64,000 bases of DNA, taken from assembly GCF_009914755.1 (NCBI RefSeq), contig NC_060940.1; one strand, 5' to 3'. The notes under the pieces were generated by a model that was not told the origin of the DNA, did no database searches, and worked only from the letters and a program-made list of their open reading frames with translations. The translations under genes and the position numbers were made by a program. The stretch is from the human T2T-CHM13v2.0 reference genome, Homo sapiens. This document shows positions 1-19,910 of the stretch, one piece after another (position 1 is the first letter of the stretch; each line of letters starts with the position of its first letter).

Positions 1-83
1 TGTTTCTCATTATTTCTTCTCTGTATCTTTTTTCTTCCATCATAGATGACTCATTGACACCCCACGCATCTAAAAAGTTCTTA

Positions 84-403
84 AGCTGGCCACAGTGGCT
101 GACATCTGTGATCCCAGCACTTTGGGAGGCCAGGGTGGGAGGATTGCTTGAGTCCAGGAGTTTGAGACCAGTTTGGGCAACATAGCAAGACCAACCCCCC
201 TCCCCAACTGTCTCTACAAAAACTTTAAAAAAACTAGCCAAGTCTGGTGGCACATGCCTGTAGTCTTAGCTACTTAGGAGACTGATAAAGGAGAATTGCA
301 TGACCCCAGGAGTTCAAGGTTACAGTGAACTATGATCGCACGACTGCACTCCAGCTTGGGCGACAGAATGAGACCCTGTCTCAAATAATAAAAAAATAAA
401 TAA
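84..403 (+). mobile_element. Alu (AluJ-like)
   Basis: Dimeric Alu with A-rich tail. Confidence 0.9.
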
Positions 404-1036
404 AGCTCTGCATTTTGGCAGTTGTGGGTCGTCTGAGTACAGACGTTGAGTCCTGAGTATCAGGTGACTAAAAACTCTAGTATTGTAAATAGATTTGTAA
501 ATTGACAAATCTTGTTTTAGACAATTTTGCTATGGTATGCAACAAAGTTATTTCCAAATACTTTTAGGTTTGGATATTTAAAGTGCTATTTAAAAAACTG
601 TATTAGTCAAAGTTCAGGATTTTTTGCGTAAATGTGATTTAAAGTATAAGGCAGTTCTAGTTCTTTCTTTGTATTTGTATTGTTAAAATAAGACTCAGTT
701 GAATTTCAGTTTGAAAATACTGGAAAATTGTTATTCATAGCTACTTTGTCTCAGGCTAGATGATTATAAGGAGAAAATTAATTCTAAAGTGGTTTAAACC
801 AAATCATGTTTTAAATTTAGTGTTATATAAATTTCAGGTTGTGTTCTATATCTTTTTTTGGCTTTCCCCTCCCTCAGCCTAACAGTTTAGTTGTTCAGGA
901 TAGGGAGATTTGTCCCATGTAATTATTTTTCAGTTTTGCTGAACATATTTTTAAAATGGCTACCTTTCTTGGGTACAGTGTCATGGGATTCCCCGCCCCA
1001 TCTGGGGTAGAGTGTTGTGGGATTAGAGTGAGATAA

Positions 1037-1531
<495 letters not shown>

Positions 1532-1941
1532 TGAAGATGAAGTGGAAAGCTTTAGATAGTTGGTTTTTCAGCCTGGCCACCATGGAAAAATTATTTACTG
1601 TTTTATGAAACATGCAATTCAGTTAATTTGGAGGAAGCTGTTTAGTAAGGGGAAAAGGACAGGATTTCTAGTTAGGAAACATAATCAAGTATCTGTTTTA
1701 AACTTTGCTAGTTTTATTTCTTTTCCTCTTTTTATCCTCATTTCCTTTTTATCTAGCAAGATTATCGTGAAGCTTCTATGAATAATTTTCTACATTATGC
1801 TAGTGCCTTTAAACAGTGTTTGAATATGAATCTCTAACTTGCTCTGAATATGTTGAGAAAAAAAGTTGATTTTTCAGGATAAGTAATTCTTTTTGGGTGT
1901 TCAAGATATTTTTAACAAAAAATTTTTCAGAAATTGAAAGT

Positions 1942-2151
1942 TGGCTTGGCACAGTAGCTCACACCTGTAATTTCAGCACTTCATGGGGCCAAGGCAGATG
2001 ACTTAAGGCCAGGAGTTCAAGACCAGCATGGGCAACATAGCAAGACCCCTTCCTACACAGCCCAGGAGTTTGAGGCTGCAGTGACCTGTGATTGTGCCAC
2101 TGCATTTCAGCCTGGGTGACAGAATGAGACCCTGTCTTGATTTAAAAAAAA
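1942..2151 (+). mobile_element. Alu (AluJ, internally deleted)
   Basis: Left arm joined to the distal right arm. Confidence 0.85.
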
Positions 2152-2245
2152 ATTACAAAAAGTCTTTCCAAAGCTATAAAAACTTTAAGCTTTATTCTTT
2201 CTCTTTTTCCATGATACTTATTGGCTCTTTTAGGTTTAGTGGTAA

Positions 2246-2621
<376 letters not shown>

Positions 2622-3555
2622 TAGTTGTCACTGATTTTTTTTTGTTGTTGTTCAAAAATTATTATAGTATCTAAAATCTTGTGAACATGGGAACAGATTG
2701 TGAGGAGAAAAATAAATAAAAGCTTGTGATTATTTCAAATTCTTATGATCTCAAGTCTTGACTAAAATGTGTGCTTTACAGGGATTAAGATTAAAGTGAA
2801 GCTGTTTTTTTCCCTCATAATGTTTCTAACTTAAATTTTTAAGGGGCATTAATACTTATGAAATTGATAGTTTTCTCATCTTTTGATTACTCCCCTCAAT
2901 TCATGCTTCTGAAAAATGCATTCTAGCTAAAAATATAAGAATGCTTATTAATCATAAAATATATTGGTACTTGTTTAGTGTAGAACTAAGGGATTTAGAT
3001 ATATCCTTTAAAGGCAAATAATACATTTGATCATTAAATGGAATAAATTGCTTTCAGAGTAGAGTAGGGTTTATTCTTGGGAGTTTGAAGTTGAGCACAG
3101 AGGCATGGATATAAGAATGGATTCACATCTATTTCCTGTCTGGGTGCTTTAGGAATTTAATCCTTTTTAAAACTGGAACTATTGGGAATTTTATTTTTTT
3201 TGTGTGAGGAATCATGAAAATCCCATGTTTAAGTACATATTTTTCTAATTAGATTAGTTGCGTTAGTGTCAAAAATGAATAAACTAGTTTTAGGTTTCCT
3301 ACGTGTTTTGAATATTTTATGTATATACATACTCTTACTAACTATGAATACATAAATTAGCCAACAAATGTTAGTCAGAATTTTATTTTGATTGGTCAAC
3401 TTTTAAAACTGTGACTTTTACTGAGTTTCTGTCTTTATCTTTCTAGATGTTATAGTGAAATGTCTAAGGAGGGAAACTGAAATGAAGTGGTGTCTGCCAA
3501 ATGAATAACTTTACTTGTGGTATTGCAGCACAGTTACTTCTTTTTTAAAAAAAAA

Positions 3556-3825
3556 TTTTTTTAATTTTAAGACAGGGTCTCACTCTGTCACCCAGGCTGT
3601 AGCCTCCACCTCCTGGGCTCAAGCAGTGCTCCCACCTCAGCCTTCCAAGTTGCTGGGACCACAGGTGTGCACCACCAGGCCCAGCTAATTTTTTTTTTTT
3701 TTTTAACTAGAGACAGTGTCTCCCTAGGTTGCCCAGGCGTGTCTCAAACTTCTGGGCTCAAGTGATCCTCCTGCCTCAGCCTCCCAAAATGCTGGGATTA
3801 TAGGCAGGAGCCACCATGCCCGGCC
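3556..3825 (-). mobile_element. Alu (AluJ)
   Basis: Antisense Alu body. Confidence 0.88.
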
Positions 3826-4321
3826 TAGTTACATTTCTAACAAAGTAATTTTGAGAACACAGGTAAAAGGGATGTGATCTGAAAACTGTTTGGTGTGTAG
3901 AATGGGGAGAGAAAAAAGGAAGCAAATTAAATTGAAGGAGGAAATATGGTAAATTTAATTTTTGAGTTTATTATTGGAAGAAAACACGCCATTTTGTGCA
4001 GTATAAGAATATAAGCTTATCAGAATTTTTAAATATTAAGGTTTGTATTTTAACCCATTTTCATATTAGAGCCATTTTTTTCCAGATCCTGTTTTCAGCT
4101 GTATCTATTAATGGGGTGAATTTACTCCAGGCTCCCTGGTTGTTCATTAACCTAGTAGGGCTTGACTACTTTAATAGGTTCAGGAAAATGTGCTTGTTAG
4201 TTGAAACTGCTCATAGCTGGAATTGGAACTTTTCTGCAGTCCTTCCTTGTCTGTGGGGAATATGTCCTAAGACCCTCTAGTGGATGCCCAAAACTGAGCA
4301 TAGTACCAAACACTATATATA

Positions 4322-4851
4322 CAGTCGTGTGTAACTTTATGATGGGGTATGTTCTGAGAAATGCGTCATTAGGTAGTTCGATCATGCATACATCATAGGG
4401 TGTACTTACACAAACCTATGTGGTATAGCCTGCTACATATCTAGGCTGTATGATTTAGCCTGTTGCTCCTAGGCTACAAATCTGTACGACATGTTACTGA
4501 ACTAAATACTGTAGACAATTGTAACACAATAGTAAGTATTTGTGTATCTGAACAGACGAGGTAACACGTGGCATGACATCACTAGGAGATAGGAATTTTT
4601 AGTCTGCATTATAATTTTATGGGACCAGTGTTGTATATTAATTATAATTTATAAGTCTTTATGTATCTTTTATATGGAAACCCAAATGTCCCAGCACCAT
4701 TGCTGAATATTATCCATTTTCCCTACTTGATCTACAATGTCAGTATTAAGTGGCATATAGCAGGTTTCTGTATATTCTGTATTATGATCTTATGGCACCA
4801 CTGTCATATATGTGATCCATCCTTGACTGAAACATATGTGGCACATGACTG
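4322..4851 (+). mobile_element. Tigger3 (MER7-type) DNA transposon nested in Tigger7
   Basis: cagtcgtgtg...gcacatgactg termini flanked by TA target duplications. Internal ttctgagaaatgcgtcattagg and gtgtacttacacaaaccta match Tigger3. Confidence 0.82.
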
Positions 4852-4937
4852 TACTATGTTTTTTCCTATACATACATACCTGTGATAAAGTTTAATTTAT
4901 AAATAAGGCACAGTAGGAGATTAATAATAATAACTAT

Positions 4938-5385
4938 TGTATTGTCAGGGTTCTCTAGAGGGACAGAACTAATAGGATAGATGTATATATCTACAGGGGA
5001 GCTTATTAAGGAGTATTGACTCACACAATCACAAGGTGAGGTCCCACAATAGGTCATCTGCAAGCTGAGGAGCAGGGAAGCCAGTCCAAGTCCCAAAGCT
5101 GAAGAACTTGGAGTCTGACATTCGAGGGCAGGAAACATCGAGCAAGGGAGAGAGATGTAGGCTGAGAGACTAAGCCAGTTTAGTCTTTTCACGTTCTTCT
5201 GCCTGCTTTTATTATGGTTGTGCTGGCAGCTGATTAGATTGTACCCACTCAGATTGAGGGTAGGTCTGCCTTTCCCAGTCCACTGACTCAAATGTTAATC
5301 TCCTTTGGCAACATCCTCACAGATACACCCAGGAACAATACTTTGCATCCTTCAATCAAGTTGACACTCAGTATTAACCATCACA
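4938..5385 (-). mobile_element. MLT2A (ERVL) solo LTR nested in Tigger7
   Basis: TG...CA termini (tgtattgtcagggttctctagagggacagaactaatagg ... gtattaaccatcaca) with a perfect 5-bp TSD ACTAT at 4933-4937 and 5386-5390. Confidence 0.88.
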
Positions 5386-6648
5386 ACTATTAATAAATAG
5401 AACAATACAGCAACATACTATAATAAAAGTTATGTGAATGTGGTCTCTCAAAATAGCTTACTGTTCTGTATTCACCCTTCTTATAATGATGTAAGATGAT
5501 ACAGTGCCGATGTGATGATATTAAGTGAGGTGCATCACGTAGGCATTGTGACACAGCATTAGGCTACTGTTGACCTTCTGTATTCCCGAATCTGTGTCAG
5601 TCATTTTAGGGGATCCCTTGTTGCTCATGGGTTTCTGGTGCAACATATTGCTGTCAGTGGAGGGAAAGGGGGTAGCTATGAAAGATTCGGTAAACCATGT
5701 TTTCTGTTCATGTCTTTCACCTACAAATTTAATGCCTTTTAAATCTTAACTAAGCACTTATCTTGCTCTGGCTGTAACTTTTGCTGTTTGAGGTGTGGCA
5801 GCAAAACTAGCATGAATAATTTCTTTTTCATTCTTTCGCAGTTTTACAGATAGAAGACTCATTCTTACCGTAGATCTTAGCAGCCTCAGCATACGATTTT
5901 TTCTTTCCTTATTAAGAAGTTTCACTTTTTCACTTAAATGAAGCACATTAAAACTTCACTTTGGCATATCCAAATTGCCAAATGTCACTACTCTTCCACT
6001 TTGGGGCCATTGTTAAGTAAAATAAGGGTTACTTGAACACAAACACTGTGATACTTTGACAGTTAATCTGATAATCCATATGGTTACTAAGTGACTAAAG
6101 GGTAGATAGTGTGTATAGCATGGATACACTGGGTAAAGGGATGATTCATGTCCTGGATGGGATGGAGCTGGACTCGCAGGTCAACAGAAAATTTCATCAT
6201 GCTACTTAGAATGGTGTTGTATTTAAAATATATAAGTTATTTAAATTGGAATTTTTCATTTAATATTTTCTGAACTTGGTTGACCATGGGTAACTGAAAC
6301 CATGGAAAGCAAAACCATGGATAAGGGAGGACTACTGTATTTACCAGATGAGTTGATTTCATTTTGAGAAAAGTTACTTGTAACTTTAGTAGGCTGACTT
6401 AACATGTTATGATAACAGGATTATTTAGATTATAAGAGACTGGGCAGGCAGATATTACACTAGTCTTGTACTTTGCTCATAATTTTATAGAGCACTTTGA
6501 TGTATATTTATTTCATTTAATGTTTTTGACATCTGAGAGGTATATATTCTCATAGATAATAAAACCCAAACGTCCCAGATGATTAAGAGACTTGCTCAAT
6601 TTGACACTGTTAGTCATTAGAAGAGCTAGTCTTAAAAAAAGAAAAGAA

Positions 6649-6949
<301 letters not shown>

Positions 6950-6999
6950 GTATTCTGACTTCAATCCATTTTTTTTCTCTAACTGCAACCAAGATAATT

Positions 7000-7455
7000 T
7001 ATTTACTGAGTATTTTCAGCTATTATGATAAAAGACATAAATGTGATTTCTTCCCTAATTGAGCTTACTTCATAGTTTGAGAGTCAGACTAGTAAATAAT
7101 TAATTAAAAAGAGTATGTTAGGTGCTCTGAAAGGGAAAGTATAGTTTGATGAGGTGGGAAACAAAGAGGAGTCCCTGTGTGCCAGGGGATCAGGAAGGGC
7201 TTTTGATGGGAGGTGAACTTGCTATCAAAATCAGTCCTGAAGTCATAAAAATTAGTCATGTAAAGATTAAAGGGCTATGTTGGAGGAAGAATGTTCCAGG
7301 CAGAGGGGAGAATACCATGTTAGAAGTTTTGGAGGTAAATGAGAGCTTGGTGTATTGAAGAATTGAAAGAAATTCAGTATGGCTGGATTATAGAGCTAGA
7401 GAAGAGGGAAGGAGAGGGAAAGGAGGTAGCTATGAAAGATTCGGTAAACCAAAAG
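7000..7455 (-). mobile_element. L2 remnant
   Basis: Purine-rich L2-antisense signature (tttactgag...tgttccaggcagagggg...ggctggatta). Confidence 0.55.
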
Positions 7456-7650
7456 CTGGATATGATAAGGTCCTAAATTAGTGACAACTAGGAAGAGAAA
7501 AAGAGTACTGCAGGTATCACAGGCTAAATAAATGTGTTAGAAATATTTTAGCCAACAAGTGATATTTTATACAGTTATTTTACATATATATATATCTCTT
7601 GCGATTTCCTTGCACGGTAAAGGGCACATTATCCTAAAAGTTGAAAATAG

Positions 7651-8105
<455 letters not shown>

Positions 8106-8315
8106 GACCTAGTGTGAATAGAGGGTAGATAACTAAGTGAGGATTACCCTTGCTAGGCCTTAGTAACTGTTGTCTAGAGAAGAAGATGTTAGGGAAAAGC
8201 AAGGGATAAAGTGGGTATGAAGGAGTGTAAATTATGACTTGTTGCTATGATATTTAGTTATTGGTTTAATTTTTACATGTAAGCTTGTCATTGATATACT
8301 GAATATTAAAATATT

Positions 8316-8613
8316 TGGGTGTGGTGGCTCACACCTGTAATTCCAGCACTTTGGAAGCCCGAGGCGGGAGGATAGCTTGAGCCCAGGAGATTGAGAACAG
8401 CCTTATGCAACATAACGAGACCCTGTCTATAAATAAAAAATTAGCCTGGCATGGTGGTGTGTGCCTGCAGTCACAGCTACTCAGGAGCCTGAAGTAGGTG
8501 GATCACTTGAGGCCAGGAGGTTGAGGCTGCAGTGAGCCATGATTGCACCACTGCACGCCAGCCTGGGTGACAGAGCGAGACCCTGTCTCTTTAAAAAAAA
8601 AAAAAAAAAAAAA
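8316..8613 (+). mobile_element. Alu (AluJ)
   Basis: Sense Alu with poly-A. Confidence 0.9.
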
Positions 8614-8938
8614 AGATATTTGGGAAAGTGGCCATTTATTCAATATACATTTTGTGCCCAGTGCTTGAAGTATAAAAAGACTCACCATTGTTAATAGGGA
8701 AGACGGGCACACAATATCAACATAGTAAAATAATTGTTTCATGATAAAAATAAACAGTAGAAGATAATAAGTTCAGTTTGGGATATGTTGAAATTGAGAT
8801 GCTTATGGGATATTGAACACCTGCTATGCAACAAGCACTAAGCTATATGCTGGGGCTACAAAAAGTAAAGAAAATAAAGTCCTTTTCCTCACCAGTTCAT
8901 ATTCTGGTGGTTGGAAACAGACATTAAAGAAATGATTA

Positions 8939-9252
<314 letters not shown>

Positions 9253-9267
9253 GTCAGGGTATGGGAT

Positions 9268-9496
9268 TGACAAGTCCATAGAAACAGAAAGTAAATTAGT
9301 GGTTGCCAGGGATTCAAGGAATGGAGGTTGGAGAATGACTGCTAATGGGGATGGCTTTTCTTTTTTGAGGTGATGAAAATGTTCTGGAATTAGGTAGTAG
9401 TAATGACTACATAACTTTGGGCCTATACTAAAAACACTGAATCATGCACTTTAAAAGGGTGGAACTTTATGTTGTGTGAATTATATCTCAAAAAAT
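9268..9496 (+). mobile_element. L1MB/L1ME 3' end fragment
   Basis: gaaacagaaagtaaattagtggttgccaggg...ggtgatgaaaatgttctggaatta...gtgaattatatctca. Confidence 0.75.
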
Positions 9497-9506
9497 GTTG
9501 GGAGTT

Positions 9507-10330
<824 letters not shown>

Positions 10331-11579
10331 AGAAAGAAAAAGACAGGATTCATTTCTCTGGGAAAAAAAAAAAAACAAGATATTTCAGGGACATGAAGAG
10401 AGGAGTAGACTAAAGAGAAGGCAACAAAGGAAGAAAATAAACAGGAATTCCTGAAAGCAGGAGTATTCAATTGTGTCAGAAATTGGAAATAAATCAATTA
10501 GGAGTTTATTGATAACCAAGCAATTTGAATGGGGAGTGGTTGGAACAGAAGCCAAGTAGTAGTTGGTTGAGTAATAAATGTGAATAGAGGAAGTGGAGGC
10601 AGCTAGGAAGACAACTGTAGTACTAAGTAAGGATGGTTGTGAGGGGAAGGAGAGAGTGGAAACTAGAAAGGCATATATAAGAATAGGAATCTTGTGGAAT
10701 GAGGGAGTTGAAAGGACAGGAATTATTAATAGAGGAAAGTTTTGGAGGAGCAGTGAAGAAAAAGGGATCTAGTGCACATGGTTGCTTCTTTTCTTGAGCC
10801 CAAAGAGGTAAGGATAATTTTTACCTGGGAAAGGAAGTATGGGAAATTTATGTCCTATACATTTGCTGTGGAGAAATAAACAGTCATTTGCCAAGAATGA
10901 TAGATACAGGATAGTAGCCTTAAGAGAATCATCATGAGGAACTGGGGAGTAAAGCTGATAAGGAATACTTTGAAAAAAAAAAAAAAAAAAAAGGCTCCTG
11001 AGCTACTTTGAGGAAGATCTTGAATTCATAGTGGTACTGGTCCACAATTTTGATTTTTCTCTATCAAAACTTAGAAGCTGTGGTTCAGGAATGTTGAAGA
11101 TGAGTGCTTAGGATCATTCAGGATTGGGTATGATTAACAGGATGAATATGATCAAAAAATAATGGGGATGGGGTAAAGGAATTCTTCAAGACACAAGCTC
11201 AGGCTTCGTCTTTTCCTTGAAATGGCCCCCATTGGTCTTTTCTCTTTTAATTTTGTACTTTTCTCTGCTATTGCTGCCTTATGTTTAGTCCATTAGAATT
11301 TACGCACACACACATACACACACACCCTTAAGCACTTAAACATTTTTTTTTAAATATGGAAAACGACAAAACAAGAACAAATCACATGCAGTCCTGCCAT
11401 ATCTAGATATGACCACTGTTAATATGTTGGTGCTTATTCTTTCAGGCGTCTCTATATATGTATACATATCTACTTATTTATACATTTCTGCATAAGAGGG
11501 ATTATACATCTGTTTTATTTGCCTACTGATGTTATTAAATATAGATACAATTTGTGATAGCTGCAAAGTATTACGTGGT

Positions 11580-11885
<306 letters not shown>

Positions 11886-12483
11886 AATGTGGTTTAAATA
11901 ACAAAATTTAGTTAATTAGCCAATCCTTTGGTGATGGACTATTATTTCATTTTATTTTTTAACTGTTATAAGTCATTGTAATGAACATAGTACAAATGAT
12001 TTCCCCCTGTACTGGTATGAGTACTGTTCTAAGTACTTAAATTTGTCTTTTATTTCTAAATTTCTTCTGCTGTCATGTTTCAAGGTGAATCCTTCAGACT
12101 TGCATTCTTTTAGCTTTCTCTTGAGAATGGATCCAAATGAATAAGGCTACCTGCATATTATTAGATAAGACCACCCCCAAACCATCTTGTAATCTACAGT
12201 GTTGAGGTTAAGTGCATAGGCTTTGAAGTCAGAACAGATTTGGATTCACATCTTTGCTCTGCTTCTTCATTTAGTTGTATAGCTTTAAACTTCAGTTTTC
12301 CAGTCTATTAAATAAAGAACGTTGAAAGCATAAGGCTTTTTTTTTCATTGGGAGAACTCTATAACTGAGATGAAATAATCATTATTTAAAAATTTTCTAG
12401 CTAATTAAAATCCTTTGTGGTACAGTTTAATGTTATTTTCCTTTTCTAGATTAAGGGAAAGTAGATAAATCTTGGTTATTATC

Positions 12484-13139
<656 letters not shown>

Positions 13140-13688
13140 TAACCTTCATAAATGAAATCCTATGTTCCTATTATAAATCATGTTTATGTATTAAATATGT
13201 ATGATTATAAATCATGTTACATGTATTCAAAGAATATTTAATGATAGAAAATATTCATGATTGTATGTTACATTTTTTAAAGAAACATATCAAATTATGA
13301 TCCTAGTTTTATTTTTTAAAAAAACAGGCCTATAGAAAATAGACTAAAATGTTAGAATGGTGATCTGTGGGACTTGGGATTTGAAGTGACTTTTTATTTT
13401 CCGTCTTACACTTTTAAAAAATTTCTGAATTTTTATGATATATCACCTTTATATCTCCCTTAAATCCTTTATACATCCTTTTTGTCTATCACTTTTATAA
13501 CCTAAAGTGTGCAAATATTAAAATAGGAATCTTCATGTAGTAGAACATTATAACTGAAACTTTTATGATTATCTTAATTTTTTCTCATGGATTTTAATTT
13601 GCAGTGTTTATATTTATGGCAGCCCTCTAAATCTTCTTCAAGTTTTTCATTTATATGATGCATTGTTGGAGTTAAAATAGAACATATC

Positions 13689-13990
<302 letters not shown>

Positions 13991-14229
13991 TTAAGGTCTG
14001 ATTCTGTGATGTGTGTATAATTCTAGGATTATCATTTCCTTTGTAGATATACTAAATAGAAAAACTTGAGATTTGAACAATTTCCTTGCCAGTATTATCA
14101 CATGCAGCAGCTTTTGATGGTGGAGAGACTTAACAGTTAAAAATTTCCAACAACATTAATTTTTAGCTATATTATACTTAATTATATAATTAATTTTAGT
14201 AGCTAATATTTGTTTTAATTCTTTCTAAT

Positions 14230-14410
14230 AGCCTAGGTCAGTGGATTCTTGGATTATTGCATTTAATCCTCAGAACAACCATATAAAGTCTAGATAGTAT
14301 CATTACTCCTATTTTACAGAGAGGAAAACAGACTAAAAGTAACTTGTCCAGGGGCACATAGAAGCAAGCAGCAGAGCTGGGATTTAAATGGAGGCAATTT
14401 GGTACCAGGA
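14230..14410 (-). mobile_element. MIR SINE
   Basis: catttaatcctcagaacaacc...cctattttacagagaggaaaa...aacttgtccagggg. Confidence 0.7.
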
Positions 14411-14614
14411 CAACGTGCACACACACACTCCGTACTTCCTACTGTGATAAATTTCTCTCTTGGTTGGGTGAGATTTGCTGAAATAATGTATATTTAAAGG
14501 ATCTAGCACTGCTCTTGGTACCTTGTAGGTGCTCAATTGAATTTTCTTTTATAATGGGCAGAGTGATCTCATTGAATTAGGTGGCATATTCCACCTGGTA
14601 GTCAAATAAGGAAT

Positions 14615-15290
14615 TTTTATATAGGTAAACTCGGATTTGAGGTTTGTTGTACAGATAGATTATTTCATCACCAAGGTACTAGACCTAGTATTCAATAGTT
14701 ATTTTTTCCTGACCCTCTCCCTCCTACCCTTGACCTCCAAGTAGGCCCCAGTGTCTGTTCCTCTCTTTGTGTCCATGAGTAGGAGTTCTTTTTTAAAAAT
14801 TTTTTATTGCGGTGAACTGCACAATAAATCAATCATTTTAAAGAAAACCCTGTTGTGCAACCACTACCTCTATCTATCTGTCTGGTTCAAAGCCATTTTT
14901 ATCATTCCCAGAAGGAAAATCCTGTGTCCATCTTCAATCTCCCCTGCCCGCCATGAGCCCAACTTATGGCATCCACCAATCTGTGTTCTATTGCTATGGA
15001 TTTGCCTATTCTGGATTTACATGTGACCTCTTATGTTTGGCTTCTTTCCCTCAGTATAATATTTTTGAGGTTTATCCACCTTGTAGCATGTACTTCATTT
15101 ATTCTTGTGGGGGAATACTGTTCCATTCTATGGATACCACAATTTGTGTTACCTATTCATCCACTGATGGACATTCAGGTTATTTCCACCTTCTGGCCAT
15201 TGTGAATAGTGTTGCTGTTCACATCCTATAATAGCATATGTGTACATGTATTTGTTTGACTACCAATTTTTAATTCTTTTAAGTATAAGA
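14615..15290 (-). mobile_element. Adjacent antisense L1 fragments (old L1PA piece 14615-14780, L1MB-type piece 14790-15290)
   Basis: ttgttgtacagat...tatttcatcacc...gtaggccccagtgtctgtt, followed by ctatggatttgcctattctgga...ccactgatggacatt. Confidence 0.7.
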
Positions 15291-15321
15291 AGTTTTCTTT
15301 TTTAAAGGAAAATGGCCTTTA

Positions 15322-15660
<339 letters not shown>

Positions 15661-15929
15661 TAGAAAAGTAGTATACAGTAAAGAGTACTACTGTATACAT
15701 TTGTATCATAGCATCTTACAGGGAGCATGGCTTGGCGCTGGGCAAATGTTTGTTAAATTGAACTTTTGGTTTTTGAGAAACTTCTTTCTAATTCTGATTT
15801 TGCTATCAACTATCTGATTTTGGAGAAATCCTCAGTTTCTGTGCCCTAGTTTTTATTTCTGTAAAGAAATAGACTAAACTCTTTAAGAGTCTTTTAAGTT
15901 CTGTGAAAGTCTGTTCCCTTTTTTCTTTT

Positions 15930-16225
<296 letters not shown>

Positions 16226-16472
16226 CCCTTTTTTCTTTTAATAGGAATGTTTTGGTACTGTATCCTTTTACCCTCTGGAAGATAGGTACTTACCAGCCCT
16301 TGGCTATTGTAGGCAGTTCTTTCTCATTAAATTTGCCTCTGGAAAGGGCTATATGATCAAGAAAGTTGGGACCACTCACTGTTCTCGTCTTTAACCTCTT
16401 GCAAGGTTTCTTCAGGAAAGACTCATTTTCCATCCTCCCATCTTCCCCTTCCATATCTTGCAAACCCTAGTG

Positions 16473-16770
16473 TAGAGACTGAAGAACTCAAGTGCCTATA
16501 GGGCACAGACAGCATAATATCAATTAGAGAAATTGGCTGAACGGTACTTTAGGTAACTTGAGAGTACACTAAAGGAGGCAGCTCCAGTTTTCCTTGTGGA
16601 TTTAGTATTGCTGGATCCTGTGATTCAAGAGAAGCCAAAGGTCTGAGATTTTTATGTAAAATCTGATTTTTAAATGTTGGCAATTAATTTTAAATGTTTT
16701 TTTAAACTGTGCAGGCGAAACAGAACACTTCTGCAGTCCAAGTACTTACTATAGGAAGTACAAGACCTGT
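16473..16770 (+). mobile_element. MER102-like hAT-Charlie DNA transposon remnant
   Basis: actcaagtgcctatagg...tcaagagaagcc...gatttttatgtaaaatctgatttttaaatgttggcaa resembles the MER102 consensus. Confidence 0.65.
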
Positions 16771-16785
16771 AGAAAGGAAAACTGT

Positions 16786-17111
<326 letters not shown>

Positions 17112-17279
17112 TCAGAGTCACCTTGAAATGGGCATGAGGTATTCATCAGATTGCCTTTGGAATAAAAGAAATAATGTCCGTGGAATATCTCAGTAACACC
17201 TCCTCATTGCTAACCCTTTTGAGGGCAGAAATTATAGTTTTTATTTATGTTAGTAGCTCCAATTAATATATTAATAATA

Positions 17280-17480
17280 GTTCTAGGTGTGTTCTACACA
17301 TTATTGCTAGTGCTTACAACTCTACAAGGTAGATAGGTATTACCACTGTATTATAAATGAGACAGCCAAGGCTTGCTGTGATAAGTAACTTGTCCAAGGT
17401 CACACAAAAAATAAGTGATACATTTATGATGAAACCTCAGTTCTGACTACCTTTGTTCTTTCATTATGACATGCTGCCTA
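17280..17480 (-). mobile_element. MIR SINE
   Basis: aggtagataggtattacc...taagtaacttgtccaaggtcacac. Confidence 0.6.
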
Positions 17481-18285
17481 CCTCTTATTTATTATAAACA
17501 ATATTGGTATACTGACACAAGGATCAGATGCTTTGTATAATGGTTGTAGACTTTTCCAAGGAATCTTGTGACTTTCTTCTTTTTACTTTATCCCCCTTAA
17601 TGCAAAAAAAGAGAGATTACAATAAATACTTGAAATGCGTCCTAATTATCTGTTACGTATAGTCATGATTGTGAGTTTCTGATCAAGCCAAATGAAAATT
17701 TATGTGCTTTTAACAATGATATTGACAACCTCTAATACTAGAACCTTTATCCCCTGAGTCTTAACCCCTTAATTCTTCCATATTTTGTAATTGGCCCTTT
17801 AAAGATAAATAGGTGTAGAAGGATTTCTTACATACCTCTTAAGCATCTGCTTCTAGAGCATAGCCACTGGCAAATGGAAACAACTGAATTCTCTTCTAGA
17901 GCACATTTGAATCCATCTCACTAAAGCTTCTCAACTTGTGACTTCTTCTGAAAAATTTATTTTGGTCTTCTCATTTTCTATTTTCTTTTTCTCTCATGTC
18001 AGTGGAAGAGATTCTCAATTTCTTTTCTAAGGTACTTTCAATTTCCTGACTTGATTCTGTGACATACTTTTTCTATTTTCCACTCTCTCTTTTCATTACT
18101 CCCTTTCATGTGTTTGTTTTCCTCACACCAGTAGTAGTCAAACTGCTGTTAACTATGATTTCTGAAAAGGTACTTCTGCATTTGATATAATTTCAAAAGG
18201 GCCATGGTGCTTAAAAAGAAATTAGAAAACTAAATGCTTATGGTAGTATAATCATGTAACAGTGTACTAGAAAAACTACTTTATT

Positions 18286-19429
<1,144 letters not shown>

Positions 19430-19910
19430 CTAGCAATGCTTAAAGAGGTAGTAAATACAAGCCAATCCATTTTCATTCCAGCTGCATTTCATGCTTCAGA
19501 GTAATGGCTGTTAGCCAGAATCACTTGTGAAGCTTTATACACATATACATTCTGTGATCTTATTCCCTGTAAACCCCTATTCAGTAGTCGGTCTGTGATG
19601 AAATCCCAGGCATCTTCATTCAGGTTAAAAAAAATATACATATGTCTACATGAAATTCTGGTATTCCCTGTTGAAAACCAGTCTTAAGTTAGAGGCATTC
19701 TGCAGTTGTACGGAAAGTAAGGGAAACAAAGTTAAAATGGAAAAAATTGAATTAAGAGGCAGAAGTAATGAATTTGATCATTTGTTCATTGCCACTCATT
19801 GTAGACACTTATTTTTGATCTCTGTAAACATCAGCTTATATCTCAAAGTATGAGGTCTGAATACTTGCTTGTGGGTGATCATCTTTGTGTAGAATAGAAA
19901 AGACAAAGTA

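Larger units (their letters stand above)
4234..6337 (+). mobile_element. Tigger7/MER44-family DNA transposon, interrupted by two younger insertions
   Basis: Matches the MER44 consensus (gaccctctagtggatgcc...tagtaccaaacactatata / ctatgttttttcctatacatacatacctgtgataaag...). Terminal repeat ggataagggaggactactg followed by TA. Confidence 0.8.

Noticed and set aside
721-731. TonE consensus match TGGAAAATTGT
   Set aside because: Isolated match expected by chance in AT-rich DNA.
3421-3525. Strong acceptor-like ctgagtttctgtctttatctttctag at 3446
   Set aside because: No convincing donor downstream and nothing else supporting an exon.
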